Positions 28,906 through 37,959 of a DNA stretch of 64,000 nt are shown in pieces. Position 1 is the first letter of the stretch. Each line of letters starts with the position of its first letter. Source of the stretch: Elusimicrobiota bacterium (lineage in GTDB: Bacteria > Elusimicrobiota > Elusimicrobia > UBA1565 > UBA9628). The notes under the pieces were generated by a model, which saw only the letters and a list, made by a program, of their open reading frames with translations, searched no databases and was not told the DNA's origin. A program made the translations under genes and the position numbers. The stretch covers positions 10,577 to 74,576 of the forward strand of contig JABEUV010000011.1 of the NCBI GenBank assembly GCA_013044195.1, in the 5' to 3' direction.

Positions 28906-31326
28906 TCAGTTCCAGTTCCAGTCCCCGCCGTTGGGCAGAGCGTTCGGGTCGACCGCCGCCGGCGCGTGCAGGAGGCCGTAGTAGATCAGCGCGTAGATCC
29001 CGAAAGTGAGCGCGAACAGGCCCGCGACGGCCAGCGCGCGTTTGAGCGCCGCGTATGGCCGGGGCACGAGGACCTCGCCGGTGCCGGCGTGAATGGACAT
29101 CAGTTCCCGGCCTTTCTCGCCGCGCGCGACGTACCAGAGCTGAGCCGGGCCTTCGCCGTTCCGCCAGCGCGCCTCGACCGAAAGCGTGCGCGCGTCGGCA
29201 CCGGTCTTGGCGACCGCCTCCATGGGAGTAAGCTTCAGCAGTTCCGGCGCCGCGGCGGCCGGCACGCCCGAAAACAGGCTCACCGGACCCAGGTCGTCTT
29301 CGGCGATCGCGTCGAGCTGGGTCTCCGACACCATAGTGCGCCGCACCGTTACGCCGAACTCGCGCGGCCCCTTCAGCGCGTCCTGTCGAGGCGAGACGAA
29401 GAAGAAGCGCCAATCCTCGCCCCACGCCCGCGGATAAAGGACGGCGTCGGTGAAGCGCAGATTGTCCGGCCGGTAACCGGCCTTCGCCGCCAGTTCCCGC
29501 GCCGATTCCAGCGCGCGCGCGTAGACGAAAGTCGAGAAACCGTCCACCGGGCTTTGCCGGGAGATCGACTCCGCCAGCGACGGCGCGAACTCGCGCGTCG
29601 CAGGAGCGGAGGCGAACGCGCCCAACATCCCGACGCCCACAAAATCGGGCGTTCGGCTCATCAAGTCCTGAAGCGTGTTCTCCCACCCCTGCAGAAGAGC
29701 AACGAAGCCGTGAGCCAATAGGACATAAGCGCCGCCGACGGTCGCCAGTAGGGCGACGACAGCGGCGACATCCAGCGCGGAACGGGCGCGGCTCATCACG
29801 CGCGGCGCGCCGGCGGGCTTCGAGGCGACCGCCCGCAGGACCCGGAGCGTGACGGACGGACCTTTGCCGGACAGCACGTAGAGGTTCTTCGTCCGGGGAT
29901 CGCCGGCGCCGCCCACCGACAAAGTCAGCGCGCCCGGCACGCCCTTCTCCATATTCGCGTCGGTGCGATTGCCGAACGCGTGCGCGACGCGGTCACCCGC
30001 GCGCGCGGCCAGGCGCGCCAGCCGGGCCAGCCGCTTGGGCGCCACGGGCGAAAATTGGCTGTCGCCCAGGATCAGCACGTCCTCGGCCGCCGCGCCGCGG
30101 GCCTTGGCGATATACGCCGCGGCCTTGGCCTTCGTAATCATGGAGAACGTTATATATGGAGGATTGGCGGGGTCCTTGGCGAAGCGGGGCATGACCTCCA
30201 CCTCGACTCCGCGCCGGTCCAGCTCCTGCTGAAGAATCGCCGCCGCACCCCGCACGGAGGCCTCCGATGATCCCGGCTTCAGCATCAACGCATACCCGTA
30301 GGGGCCCCAAGATTCGGCCGGACCCCGGATCGCACCGTCATGCTGCTCAGCGCCGACCTCGGCCAGCCGCCGTTTCGTCGCTTCGGCCGCGGCGGCCACG
30401 TCGGCCTTGACCGCGTCGCTCATCGCCGGAGCTTCATAGACCTTCGTCGGCACGCCGTCCTCTCCGTAGAGATAGACGCGTCCGCCGGAATTCGCCGCCA
30501 CATACATGCCCGCGCGCGTGGCGACGGGCAAGGTGTCCAGGGAGTCGAACACGGTGAGCTGGTTGGGACGCGGCTCGTCGCCGCGGTCGCTGATCACGTC
30601 GAAAGTCTTGCCGGCGGCGCGCACGGCCTGCACGGCCTCAACCATGTCCTCGGGCAGGCGCTGATTGTAGGGAGCCAGGGTGTCGTCGTAGTCGGACAGC
30701 ACCGCGCGGCGGTCGGCGGCGCGGGCGATCAGCGCGTCGGTCAGCGCGGGCCCGGCGGTGGGAAGCGAATAGACGCCGCCGGTCAGCGCGGCGGCCGTGG
30801 CCAGAATCATGCGGCGAACCTTGTAGGCCGCGGCGGAGTCGACGCCCGGTTCAAGCGCCGGGCCGGCGGCGGGCACGCGGCCGCCATCGAAGCCCCCGGA
30901 GCCCGCCTTGCCGACCGCGGCGGCCAGCGGCGCGGCGTCGACGCCGGGATTCAACGCGGGCGCGGCGGCGGACGCCGCGACGGAGCGCGCGCCGGTGAGT
31001 TCGTCTTCGATGCCGCGACCCGCGTCGTAGGCGGCCGAAGCGCCGGCGGCGGCGTCCGCGGCGGCGGCCAGGCGCGGCGTCAGCGCCGCGGCGACGGACG
31101 GCAAGTAGGCAACGGTCGCAGCCGACGGCGTGACGGCAAAGACGGACAGCGCCGGGGCGAGGGGAACGGCGGGAGCGACGCCCTCGACGGGGGTCGCGCG
31201 CAGTTCCTGCGCGAAGACGCGCGAAGCCTCGAGGCCCGGCGACAGAACGATAAGCGCCAAGGACACGGCGGAGGCAAGAACGGCGCGAAGGCGTCGGGCC
31301 AAGAGGCGGGTCATGGTCTCTCCCAA
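28906..31326 (-). CDS. Large envelope protein with embedded HAD-superfamily (IIB-like) phosphatase domain, hypothetical
   Basis: Signal/anchor, Ala-rich linker, HAD motif I VLSDYDDTLAP and motif IV-like LILGDSQFS. C-terminal transmembrane helices. 806 aa. Confidence 0.4.
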   Translation of the reverse strand: MGETMTRLLARRLRAVLASAVSLALIVLSPGLEASRVFAQELRATPVEGVAPAVPLAPALSVFAVTPSAATVAYLPSVAAALTPRLAAAADAAAGASAAYDAGRGIEDELTGARSVAASAAAPALNPGVDAAPLAAAVGKAGSGGFDGGRVPAAGPALEPGVDSAAAYKVRRMILATAAALTGGVYSLPTAGPALTDALIARAADRRAVLSDYDDTLAPYNQRLPEDMVEAVQAVRAAGKTFDVISDRGDEPRPNQLTVFDSLDTLPVATRAGMYVAANSGGRVYLYGEDGVPTKVYEAPAMSDAVKADVAAAAEATKRRLAEVGAEQHDGAIRGPAESWGPYGYALMLKPGSSEASVRGAAAILQQELDRRGVEVEVMPRFAKDPANPPYITFSMITKAKAAAYIAKARGAAAEDVLILGDSQFSPVAPKRLARLARLAARAGDRVAHAFGNRTDANMEKGVPGALTLSVGGAGDPRTKNLYVLSGKGPSVTLRVLRAVASKPAGAPRVMSRARSALDVAAVVALLATVGGAYVLLAHGFVALLQGWENTLQDLMSRTPDFVGVGMLGAFASAPATREFAPSLAESISRQSPVDGFSTFVYARALESARELAAKAGYRPDNLRFTDAVLYPRAWGEDWRFFFVSPRQDALKGPREFGVTVRRTMVSETQLDAIAEDDLGPVSLFSGVPAAAAPELLKLTPMEAVAKTGADARTLSVEARWRNGEGPAQLWYVARGEKGRELMSIHAGTGEVLVPRPYAALKRALAVAGLFALTFGIYALIYYGLLHAPAAVDPNALPNGGDWNWN

Positions 31327-31423
31327 GATTCCGGTCGGGCGTCTGCCCTCATGATACCAGCCGGACCCGAGCCGGCTCTAGGCCTGCGGGGCATGAGGCA
31401 CGGGCATTGGCCCTAGGACTTTA

Positions 31424-31443
31424 GGCCTAGAGGCATCTAGGCC
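31424..31443. repeat. Inverted repeat GGCCTAG-N6-CTAGGCC in a CTAGG-rich divergent intergenic region
   Basis: Perfect 7-bp arms. Surrounding sequence has several CCTAGG/CTAGG copies, between the divergent 806-aa gene and the S8 protease gene. Confidence 0.3.
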
Positions 31444-31507
31444 TTCGGACCCTCTTACGGACCCAAGGGCCCAGACTAGACTAGGACAGACGGACCCGGA
31501 GAAACCC

Positions 31508-32776
31508 ATGAACCGCTCCCGACTCCTCGCCCTGATCGTCGCGCTGGCCGCCACGTCCGCGGCCGCGCAGTCCGACGCGACGAACCCGACCCGGCGCCGC
31601 ATCGTCAGTTGCGTGGGCGAGGCCTCGATGGCGCAGTGCAGCGCCGCCGCCGAGCATATCGGCGTGGTGGTGCGCTCCCTGCCGCTGATCCACGCGGTCG
31701 TCGTCGACGCTCCCGTCGTGCGCGCCTTCGCCGTGGCGAGCATCTCGGGCGGGGTCGCCAACATCGCCCGCATCGACGAGGACAAGACGGTCCACTGGCT
31801 CAACGACATCGGCTCCGCCGATTTCACCGCTCCGGACCTCTCCGCCGTTCAGGTCCGGATGCACGCGCTGCAGGCGCTCTCCGTCCAGTCCGACCCGCGC
31901 ATCCCCTGGGGCGTGGCCCGCGTCGGCGCTCCTCAAGAGTGGAAGGCCGCGCAAGGCGACGGCGCGGTCGTCGCCGTCATCGACACCGGCATCGACGCCA
32001 CGCACCCCGACCTCCAGGGCCAGGTCGCCGGCGGCGTGAACATTCTGGACGCCGCGCACCCCGACAACTGGGCCGACGACGAGGGCCACGGCACGCACGT
32101 CTCCGGCACCATCGCCGCCAAGGGCGCGGGCCTGTTCGGCGTTGCGCCGAAGGCGAAGCTCTACGCGGTAAAGGTCCTCGACAAGGACGGCAACGGCGAC
32201 TACTCCGGCGTGATCGCGGGCATCCAGTGGGCGATGAACCACGGCATCAAGATCCTGAACATGAGCCTGGGCGCGCCGGAAGGCAGCGACCCCCTGCACG
32301 CCGCCATCATCGCCGCGCAGAAGGCCGGAGTGACCATCATCGCCGCGGCCGGCAACACCGGTGGCTCGGTGGGCTACCCCGGCGCCTACCCCGAGGTCAT
32401 CGCCGTGGGCGCGTCCGACTCCGCCGATCACATCGCCCCCTTCTCCAGCCGCGGCCCGCAGGTGTCCTTCATCGCGCCCGGCGTCAACATCCTGTCGGCG
32501 AAAATGGGCGGCGGCTACATCACCATGTCGGGCACGTCGATGGCCACGCCGCACATGGCCGGCCTGGCCGCGCTGGCCTGGTCGCTGGGCGTGCGTGATC
32601 CGCAGTCCCTGCGCGCCGCCCTCACCCGCGCCGCCCGTCCGATCAACGGTCTGACGCCCGACGACGAGGGCAACGGCCTGGTCCTCGCCGGAAACCTCGG
32701 CGGGATGGCGGGAGGCGCGACGTTCGCCTCAGCCGCTCCGTCTTCCGGCGTGACGGTCCTGGCCTCCCTGCGCTAG
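31508..32776 (+). CDS. Secreted subtilisin-like serine protease (peptidase S8)
   Basis: Signal peptide. Asp (VIDTGID), His (DDEGHGTHVSGT) and Ser (GTSMATPHMAG) triad blocks. Confidence 0.9.
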   Translation: MNRSRLLALIVALAATSAAAQSDATNPTRRRIVSCVGEASMAQCSAAAEHIGVVVRSLPLIHAVVVDAPVVRAFAVASISGGVANIARIDEDKTVHWLNDIGSADFTAPDLSAVQVRMHALQALSVQSDPRIPWGVARVGAPQEWKAAQGDGAVVAVIDTGIDATHPDLQGQVAGGVNILDAAHPDNWADDEGHGTHVSGTIAAKGAGLFGVAPKAKLYAVKVLDKDGNGDYSGVIAGIQWAMNHGIKILNMSLGAPEGSDPLHAAIIAAQKAGVTIIAAAGNTGGSVGYPGAYPEVIAVGASDSADHIAPFSSRGPQVSFIAPGVNILSAKMGGGYITMSGTSMATPHMAGLAALAWSLGVRDPQSLRAALTRAARPINGLTPDDEGNGLVLAGNLGGMAGGATFASAAPSSGVTVLASLR

Positions 32777-32842
32777 ACGATTCGGCGGGCGTCGGAATAC
32801 GTTCCAGCCTAACCCCGGGTCTTGGAACGGTTCCGGCGCCCG

Positions 32843-33046
32843 TCACATTTTAGCGTCGAGCTTCAACACGGAGAGGACGCGGCGGGCGGAGGTGCCCGTT
32901 TCGAGCGCGACGCGCTCGACCATCTGACGGCGGCCCAAACCGCGGCCCAGTTCCCGGCCTTTCGCGTCGATCAACTCCCACTGGCGCATCGACTTGAGTA
33001 TGCGCGCGTCGCAGTCGGCGGCCTCGGATTTTATCGTCATGGACAA
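32843..33046 (-). CDS. Small hypothetical protein (67 aa)
   Basis: Open frame only. No motif recognised. Confidence 0.2.
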   Translation of the reverse strand: MSMTIKSEAADCDARILKSMRQWELIDAKGRELGRGLGRRQMVERVALETGTSARRVLSVLKLDAKM

Positions 33047-33055
33047 CGATACCAG

Positions 33056-33829
33056 TTATGAGCCGCGCTTGAACGCGAAAGGGCCGAACGCCTGCGTCGT
33101 CGGCATCACCTGAAGGCGGTTGACGTTGACGTGGCGCGGCAAGGTGCAGGCCCAGAAGATGGTCTCGGCCACGTCTTCCCCCGTCAACGGCCTCAGCCCC
33201 TCGTAAGGGCCGTGCGCCCTCGCGGCGTCGCCCTTGAAGCGCACCAGAGAAAACTCCGTCTCCGCCAGCCCCGGCTCAACACAGGTCACGCGCACGTCGG
33301 CGCCCAGCAGGTCCGCGCGCAGGTTCAGCGCGAACTGGGACACGAACGCCTTCGTCGCGCCGTAGACGTTGCCGCCCGGATACGGAAAGTCCCCCGCCAC
33401 CGAGCCCAGCAGAACCACGTGCCCCGCGCCGCGCGCGGTCAGGCCCGGCAGGAACGCGCGCACCGTGTGGACCAGGCCCGAGATATTGGTGTCGATCATC
33501 GTCTTCCAGTCTTCGGGATCGGCCTGCGGCGCGGGCGACAGGCCCAGCGCCAGGCCCGCGTTGGCGATCACCACGTTCACGCCGGCAAATTCCGGCGGCA
33601 GGCCCGTGGCCAGCGCGTCCACCGCCGCGCGGTCGCGCACGTCCAAAACCGCGGTGAGACAGCGTGCTCCCAACTCATTCTTGAGCGCCGCCAACCGGTC
33701 CTCGCGCCGTCCGGTCGCCACCACGCGCGCGCCTTCTTTGATGAAGCGGCGGCACGCAGCCTCCCCGAAGCCCGACGTGGCTCCGGTCACCAGCACCGTC
33801 AGGGATTTCGGATCGACGCTCTCTTTCAT
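33056..33829 (-). CDS. Short-chain dehydrogenase/reductase, YdfG-like NADP-dependent
   Basis: TGATSGFG Rossmann motif, NAG, and catalytic YGATKAF (YxxxK). Start taken at the second Met (MKESVDPKSLTVLVTGA). Confidence 0.8.
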   Translation of the reverse strand: MKESVDPKSLTVLVTGATSGFGEAACRRFIKEGARVVATGRREDRLAALKNELGARCLTAVLDVRDRAAVDALATGLPPEFAGVNVVIANAGLALGLSPAPQADPEDWKTMIDTNISGLVHTVRAFLPGLTARGAGHVVLLGSVAGDFPYPGGNVYGATKAFVSQFALNLRADLLGADVRVTCVEPGLAETEFSLVRFKGDAARAHGPYEGLRPLTGEDVAETIFWACTLPRHVNVNRLQVMPTTQAFGPFAFKRGS

Positions 33830-33857
33830 TGGGGATATTTTACTACCATTGGCGCGT

Positions 33858-34268
33858 ATGGTACACATGAACGCCGTCTACACCGGCCGCCTGCGTTGCA
33901 CGTTGGTTCATGAGCCTTCGGGCTCCAAGATCGAAACCGACGCGCCGAAGGACAACATGGGCGAAGGCGCGCTGTTCTCCCCCACCGACCTGATCGGCGC
34001 GGCGCTGTCGGCCTGCGTGCTGACCACCATGGCCATCGTCGCCAAGCGCGACGGCGTGGAGCTGGACGGGGCGCGCGCGGAGGTGGAAAAAGAAATGACC
34101 TCCCAGCCCACGCGGCGCATCGGCGCTCTTCCTCTGCGCGTCACTTTGCCCGCGCGCATCCCTGCGGACTACCGCGCCAAGCTCGAGAACGCCGCGCGCA
34201 CCTGCCCCGTGCACAAGAGCCTGCACCCGGACGTGCGCACCGAGATCTCGTTTACCTATTCGGACTGA
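33858..34268 (+). CDS. OsmC/Ohr-family peroxiredoxin-like protein
   Basis: 136 aa. LSACVLTTM and CPVHKSL conserved-Cys blocks typical of OsmC. Confidence 0.75.
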   Translation: MVHMNAVYTGRLRCTLVHEPSGSKIETDAPKDNMGEGALFSPTDLIGAALSACVLTTMAIVAKRDGVELDGARAEVEKEMTSQPTRRIGALPLRVTLPARIPADYRAKLENAARTCPVHKSLHPDVRTEISFTYSD

Positions 34269-34705
34269 GCCACGCCCATCCCGAAGCCGTAGACCAGCTC
34301 GCCGCCGTGCTGGGCCGTGGCGGCCAGCAACGCAAAGCCTAGAACCCACAGCGCCAGTTGGGCGGCGCGCCACGCGCCCGCGTCGCGCCGCCGCGCCAGC
34401 ACGAAAGCGCGCAGGACCGCCAGCGCGCTGAAGGCGCCGCACGTCCACCAGGCCAACGTCTTATGATCGGCCAGGACCTCCCACGCCAGGGGCTTGTGCG
34501 GCGCGGTGTTCTCGGCCAGAAAACCCAGACCCAGCGTGGTCCAGGCCGCGAGAACGCCCAGGACCAACAGCCAGGTCTCCGCACGCGCAAGCCACTGCGG
34601 CGCGTCCCGCCTCAACCGCAGTCCGGCGACCGCCAATCCCGTCGCCAGCAAGGCGATCGGGAAATGGACGGCCGCCGGGTGCAGATGATAAGGCTCGATG
34701 GGCAC
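34256..34705 (-). CDS. DUF2231-like membrane protein
   Basis: HPAAVHFPIALL N-terminal motif, four transmembrane segments. Confidence 0.45.
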   Translation of the reverse strand: MPIEPYHLHPAAVHFPIALLATGLAVAGLRLRRDAPQWLARAETWLLVLGVLAAWTTLGLGFLAENTAPHKPLAWEVLADHKTLAWWTCGAFSALAVLRAFVLARRRDAGAWRAAQLALWVLGFALLAATAQHGGELVYGFGMGVAQSE

Positions 34706-34707
34706 GT

Positions 34708-35100
34708 CTACTGCTTCTGTGCCTTGCTGACGATCAGCGCCGGCAGGCCGCCCTTATGCACCACCCGCCCGGTCAAGGTCGCGTGCTCGCCCGCCAGTTC
34801 CTTGGCGGCCTGGTAGGGCTTCTCGTTGGCGTGGTCGGCGACGACCAAATACAACGACCCGCTCTTGTCGAGCAGACCCAGCGGCGCTCCGTCCTTCATC
34901 ACGCACATCTTCGCGCACTTCGCGTGCTTCTCTCCCGCGCCGCCGTGGCCCAGGTAGCAGGCCATGTCCACCAGTTCTCCCGACATCGTCGCCACGACTC
35001 CGCCCTTGGCCGCCATGTCGTCGTCATGACCCTCGTGCGCCCGCGCCGCCACGCCGCACAGCAGCGCCGCCGCGACCAGCGCGAATGTCCAGTTCTTCAT
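34708..35100 (-). CDS. Secreted hypothetical protein with His-rich N-terminus (HEGHDDDM)
   Basis: Signal peptide MKNWTFALVAAALLCGVAARA. Conserved Cys pairs. Possible metal-binding. Confidence 0.3.
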   Translation of the reverse strand: MKNWTFALVAAALLCGVAARAHEGHDDDMAAKGGVVATMSGELVDMACYLGHGGAGEKHAKCAKMCVMKDGAPLGLLDKSGSLYLVVADHANEKPYQAAKELAGEHATLTGRVVHKGGLPALIVSKAQKQ

Positions 35101-35165
35101 TTTTTGATTCTCCTCCCCCAAGCCGTCGTTTCCCATCATCGTCTTTTATGTCGTTGGATTGCAAG

Positions 35166-36398
35166 TCACGGCTGGACCTCCGTTGCGTCCAGAGAGCCGC
35201 CGACGGCCCGCTCCAGTTCCGCGCGCGCCGTCCAGTAGTCGCGCCGCGCCTCGATCAACCGCAACCGCGAGGATATCTCCTGGTCCTTGGCCGCCGACAG
35301 CTCGCGCCGGGAGGTCGGCCGCGCGCCGGGGCGCGTCGAAAGCTCGGCGACGATCGACTCCCGCAGAGGAAGCACCGCCGCGTCAAGCCGCCGCGCGCGC
35401 CGCGCCGCGGAGTCCAGCCGGGAGCTCAACGCGCGCACGTCCTCCTCGATCTCCGCGTCGTCCTCGTCGGCCCGGGCGTCGGCCTCCTCGGCCTGCGCGC
35501 GGGCCTGGTCCATGCCCAACGAACCGCGCCCGGTCGCGGGCACGTTCATCTGCAGGGACGGTCCGACCAGCCTCGCGCCCAAGTCGTATTCGTAGGCGAC
35601 CCCGCCGCGAAAATCGCCGAACGCGCGGTTGCCGCGGTCGAACGCGGCCGCGCGCGCCGCGCGCGCCGCGGCCAGTGCCGCCGCGCGCCGCGGTCGGCGC
35701 GCGCGCGCCATCGTCGTCAGCGCGGCCGCGTCGGGCACGACGCCGGCCGGGGGCTGCGGCGCTCCGACGTCCCCCCAGTCCGCCTCCGCCGGCACGCGCA
35801 TCAACCGCGCCAGACGCGCGCGCGCCATTTCGAGGCGGGCCTCGCCGTCGTCGACGGCAAGCGCGCTCTCCTCGGCGTCCGCGCGCAGTCTCTGCGCGTC
35901 GAGGCGGGCGACGTCGCCCGCCCCGCTTTGAGCGTCGGCCCACTGCGCCGACGCCAGCGCCTCCCGCCGCCGGTCGCGGCACAGCGCCACGCTGGCGCTG
36001 GCCGCCTGCACCTCGTAGAACGCGGACTTGGCCTCGGCCTCCAGATCGAGCGCGCTCTCGGCCAGCTCCGCGGCGGCACGCGCGCTTTGCGCTTGGCCCG
36101 CGCGCCGCCGCGACGCGTAGCCGATGAGGCTCCACAAGTCGAAATCCACGCCGATCTGCTCGTTGCGCCCGCCGGGACCGGACAGATCCATCGCCGTCAA
36201 GCGCGGATCCTGGGGCCGCGAGTCAAGCCGCGCCGCGGCCTGCGCCGCCGCCGCCCGCGCGCGCGCCGCGCGCACTTCGGGACTGCGCGAAAGCGCCAGC
36301 GACGCGGCCAACTCGTCGGTCAGCCGCGCATGCGCCGGCAGGTCCTGCGCGCGCGCGCACGGACTCAACAGCAGCGACAGCAGGATCATCGCGAGCAC
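35166..36398 (-). CDS. TolC-like outer-membrane efflux protein (OEP family)
   Basis: Signal peptide. Long coiled-coil/Ala-rich repeats with an internal duplication. C-terminal pattern typical of OEP. Confidence 0.55.
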   Translation of the reverse strand: MLAMILLSLLLSPCARAQDLPAHARLTDELAASLALSRSPEVRAARARAAAAQAAARLDSRPQDPRLTAMDLSGPGGRNEQIGVDFDLWSLIGYASRRRAGQAQSARAAAELAESALDLEAEAKSAFYEVQAASASVALCRDRRREALASAQWADAQSGAGDVARLDAQRLRADAEESALAVDDGEARLEMARARLARLMRVPAEADWGDVGAPQPPAGVVPDAAALTTMARARRPRRAAALAAARAARAAAFDRGNRAFGDFRGGVAYEYDLGARLVGPSLQMNVPATGRGSLGMDQARAQAEEADARADEDDAEIEEDVRALSSRLDSAARRARRLDAAVLPLRESIVAELSTRPGARPTSRRELSAAKDQEISSRLRLIEARRDYWTARAELERAVGGSLDATEVQP

Positions 36399-36431
36399 GG
36401 GCTCCTCCTAAAAAAACAGCCGCGACGGCCT

Positions 36432-36761
36432 CTATTTATAGCAGAACTGGGCCGCGGCCGCGGCGGCGACGCGGGCACGCACGATGTCCGGAGCCAGGCG
36501 CACGCCCAACTCCAGCTTGCGGTACTCGACGGCACGCTCGGGAAACTTATCCATGGCCGCGTAATAAGGCAGGCGCCGGATCGCCGACAGCAGGGCCTCT
36601 TTGCCCGAGCCGTCCTCCTTGAGGTAACGGGAGAATAAGCGCGCCAGCTGGACGCTCGGACTCTTGGGCACGGCCGAGGCACGACGCGACGCCGAAGCGG
36701 CCGCGAAGGCCCGCGATGCAAGCATCCCGCTCAGGAGCAAGACGACGAAGCATATCTTCAT
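36432..36761 (-). CDS. Small secreted hypothetical protein
   Basis: Signal peptide MKICFVVLLLSGMLASRAFA. 109 aa. Confidence 0.3.
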   Translation of the reverse strand: MKICFVVLLLSGMLASRAFAAASASRRASAVPKSPSVQLARLFSRYLKEDGSGKEALLSAIRRLPYYAAMDKFPERAVEYRKLELGVRLAPDIVRARVAAAAAAQFCYK

Positions 36762-36857
36762 GGCGCATGGATATTATCCCACGCGCCCGAAGCTCCGCTC
36801 TGGGCCCTTCGCCTCACCCGCGAGGCAAAGGGCCCGGGAAAGTCCTATTGAGCGCGG

Positions 36858-37859
36858 TCAACGCCCGAACGCGTCGGCCGGAGACGCGCTCAGCTTCTCA
36901 AGCAACGGCGCCACGAACGGCCGCGCCGGCAGGCCGGCCACGGCCGACGCCACGGCGGCCGCCGGGCCGTGCGTCCACGGACCCTGGTTGCAGGCGCCCA
37001 AAGTGTTCGACCAAATCCACTGCACCGTGCTGGTCAGTCCGGAGCCGGTCACGGTGGAGGAGCCTCCGACGCAGAGGTCGGCGACTTCGTTGCCCTGGTT
37101 GTCGTTCCAAGCCTGCGGATAGGAGGGGTTCGACCCATCCGTCGGGAAAGGATCGGTGACGGCCTCGATGAGTTCGTGAGACGTCGTCGACGACAAGCCG
37201 TCGAATCCCGCGCCGCAGCCGACGCCGCCGCACGTGGGCATCACGCCGTAGTAGATCGAGGAGCCGTCGCGCGGAGACTTGAAGCCCTCGTGGTAGGCGC
37301 AGAAGTCCGAGCACGACCCGCCGCCCGTGCTTCCGCTGCCCAAGGAGATGCTGACCCCCGCCGGGAAGAAGATCATATAAAGCGAGTTCGCGTCCGGCTT
37401 GGCCAGCTTGCCCGCCGCGATCTGCGCGTCGAGCTCGGACTGGATCATCGCGTCGGTGAGGTTGGTCGACGCGTTGGCCGGGGTGATCGTCACGCTGCCG
37501 GCGAAGGTCCCGCGCCCGATGGTCTGGTTCGTCCCCGGGCGCCCGTCGACGGCCTTGACGTTCGTGGCGTATTCCGACAGCCAGTCCATGTAGGTGCTGC
37601 CCAGGATGTTGGAGAAAAACGGGCCGACCTGGGACTGGGTCTGGGCATCGACGTTCGGACCCCAGAACACGGCATACACCTTCGCGTTGGAAATGACCGG
37701 GCCGCCGTAATAGAGGACATCATTCACGGCCTCAGCCAAAAACGGGCTGGACGTGCGGGGGCGATTGATCCACAGCGCGTGAGGCGCGGCCGACGCCGAA
37801 GACGACAGCGCGAGCGCGGCGAAAACGGCGACGGCGCGGCGGGTGCAAGTCGAGATCAT
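36858..37859 (-). CDS. Secreted Cys-containing protein of unknown function
   Basis: Signal peptide. Conserved-looking blocks YYGGPVISNAKVYAVFWGP, YMIFFP and CSDFCAYHEG. No confident family assignment. Confidence 0.35.
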   Translation of the reverse strand: MISTCTRRAVAVFAALALSSSASAAPHALWINRPRTSSPFLAEAVNDVLYYGGPVISNAKVYAVFWGPNVDAQTQSQVGPFFSNILGSTYMDWLSEYATNVKAVDGRPGTNQTIGRGTFAGSVTITPANASTNLTDAMIQSELDAQIAAGKLAKPDANSLYMIFFPAGVSISLGSGSTGGGSCSDFCAYHEGFKSPRDGSSIYYGVMPTCGGVGCGAGFDGLSSTTSHELIEAVTDPFPTDGSNPSYPQAWNDNQGNEVADLCVGGSSTVTGSGLTSTVQWIWSNTLGACNQGPWTHGPAAAVASAVAGLPARPFVAPLLEKLSASPADAFGR

Positions 37860-37959
37860 GAGGCCTCCAGGACGGCGTTGGCGATATTATGCCACAGGAT
37901 CGCCGATTTTTGACGCGGGTCAATATTGCCGCGGGCGTCAACTAAGGTAGAATGCGGGA

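Noticed and set aside
33131-34268. Long plus-strand ORFs (33131-33913, 33369-34268) overlapping the SDR gene
   Set aside because: Only the last 136 codons (from ATG 33858) show OsmC features. The upstream part is antisense to a well-supported SDR.
35159-36638. Plus-strand ORFs (322 and 517 aa) overlapping the TolC-like gene
   Set aside because: PRAPRAP-type low-complexity sequence. The minus-strand protein has a signal peptide and OEP-like repeats.
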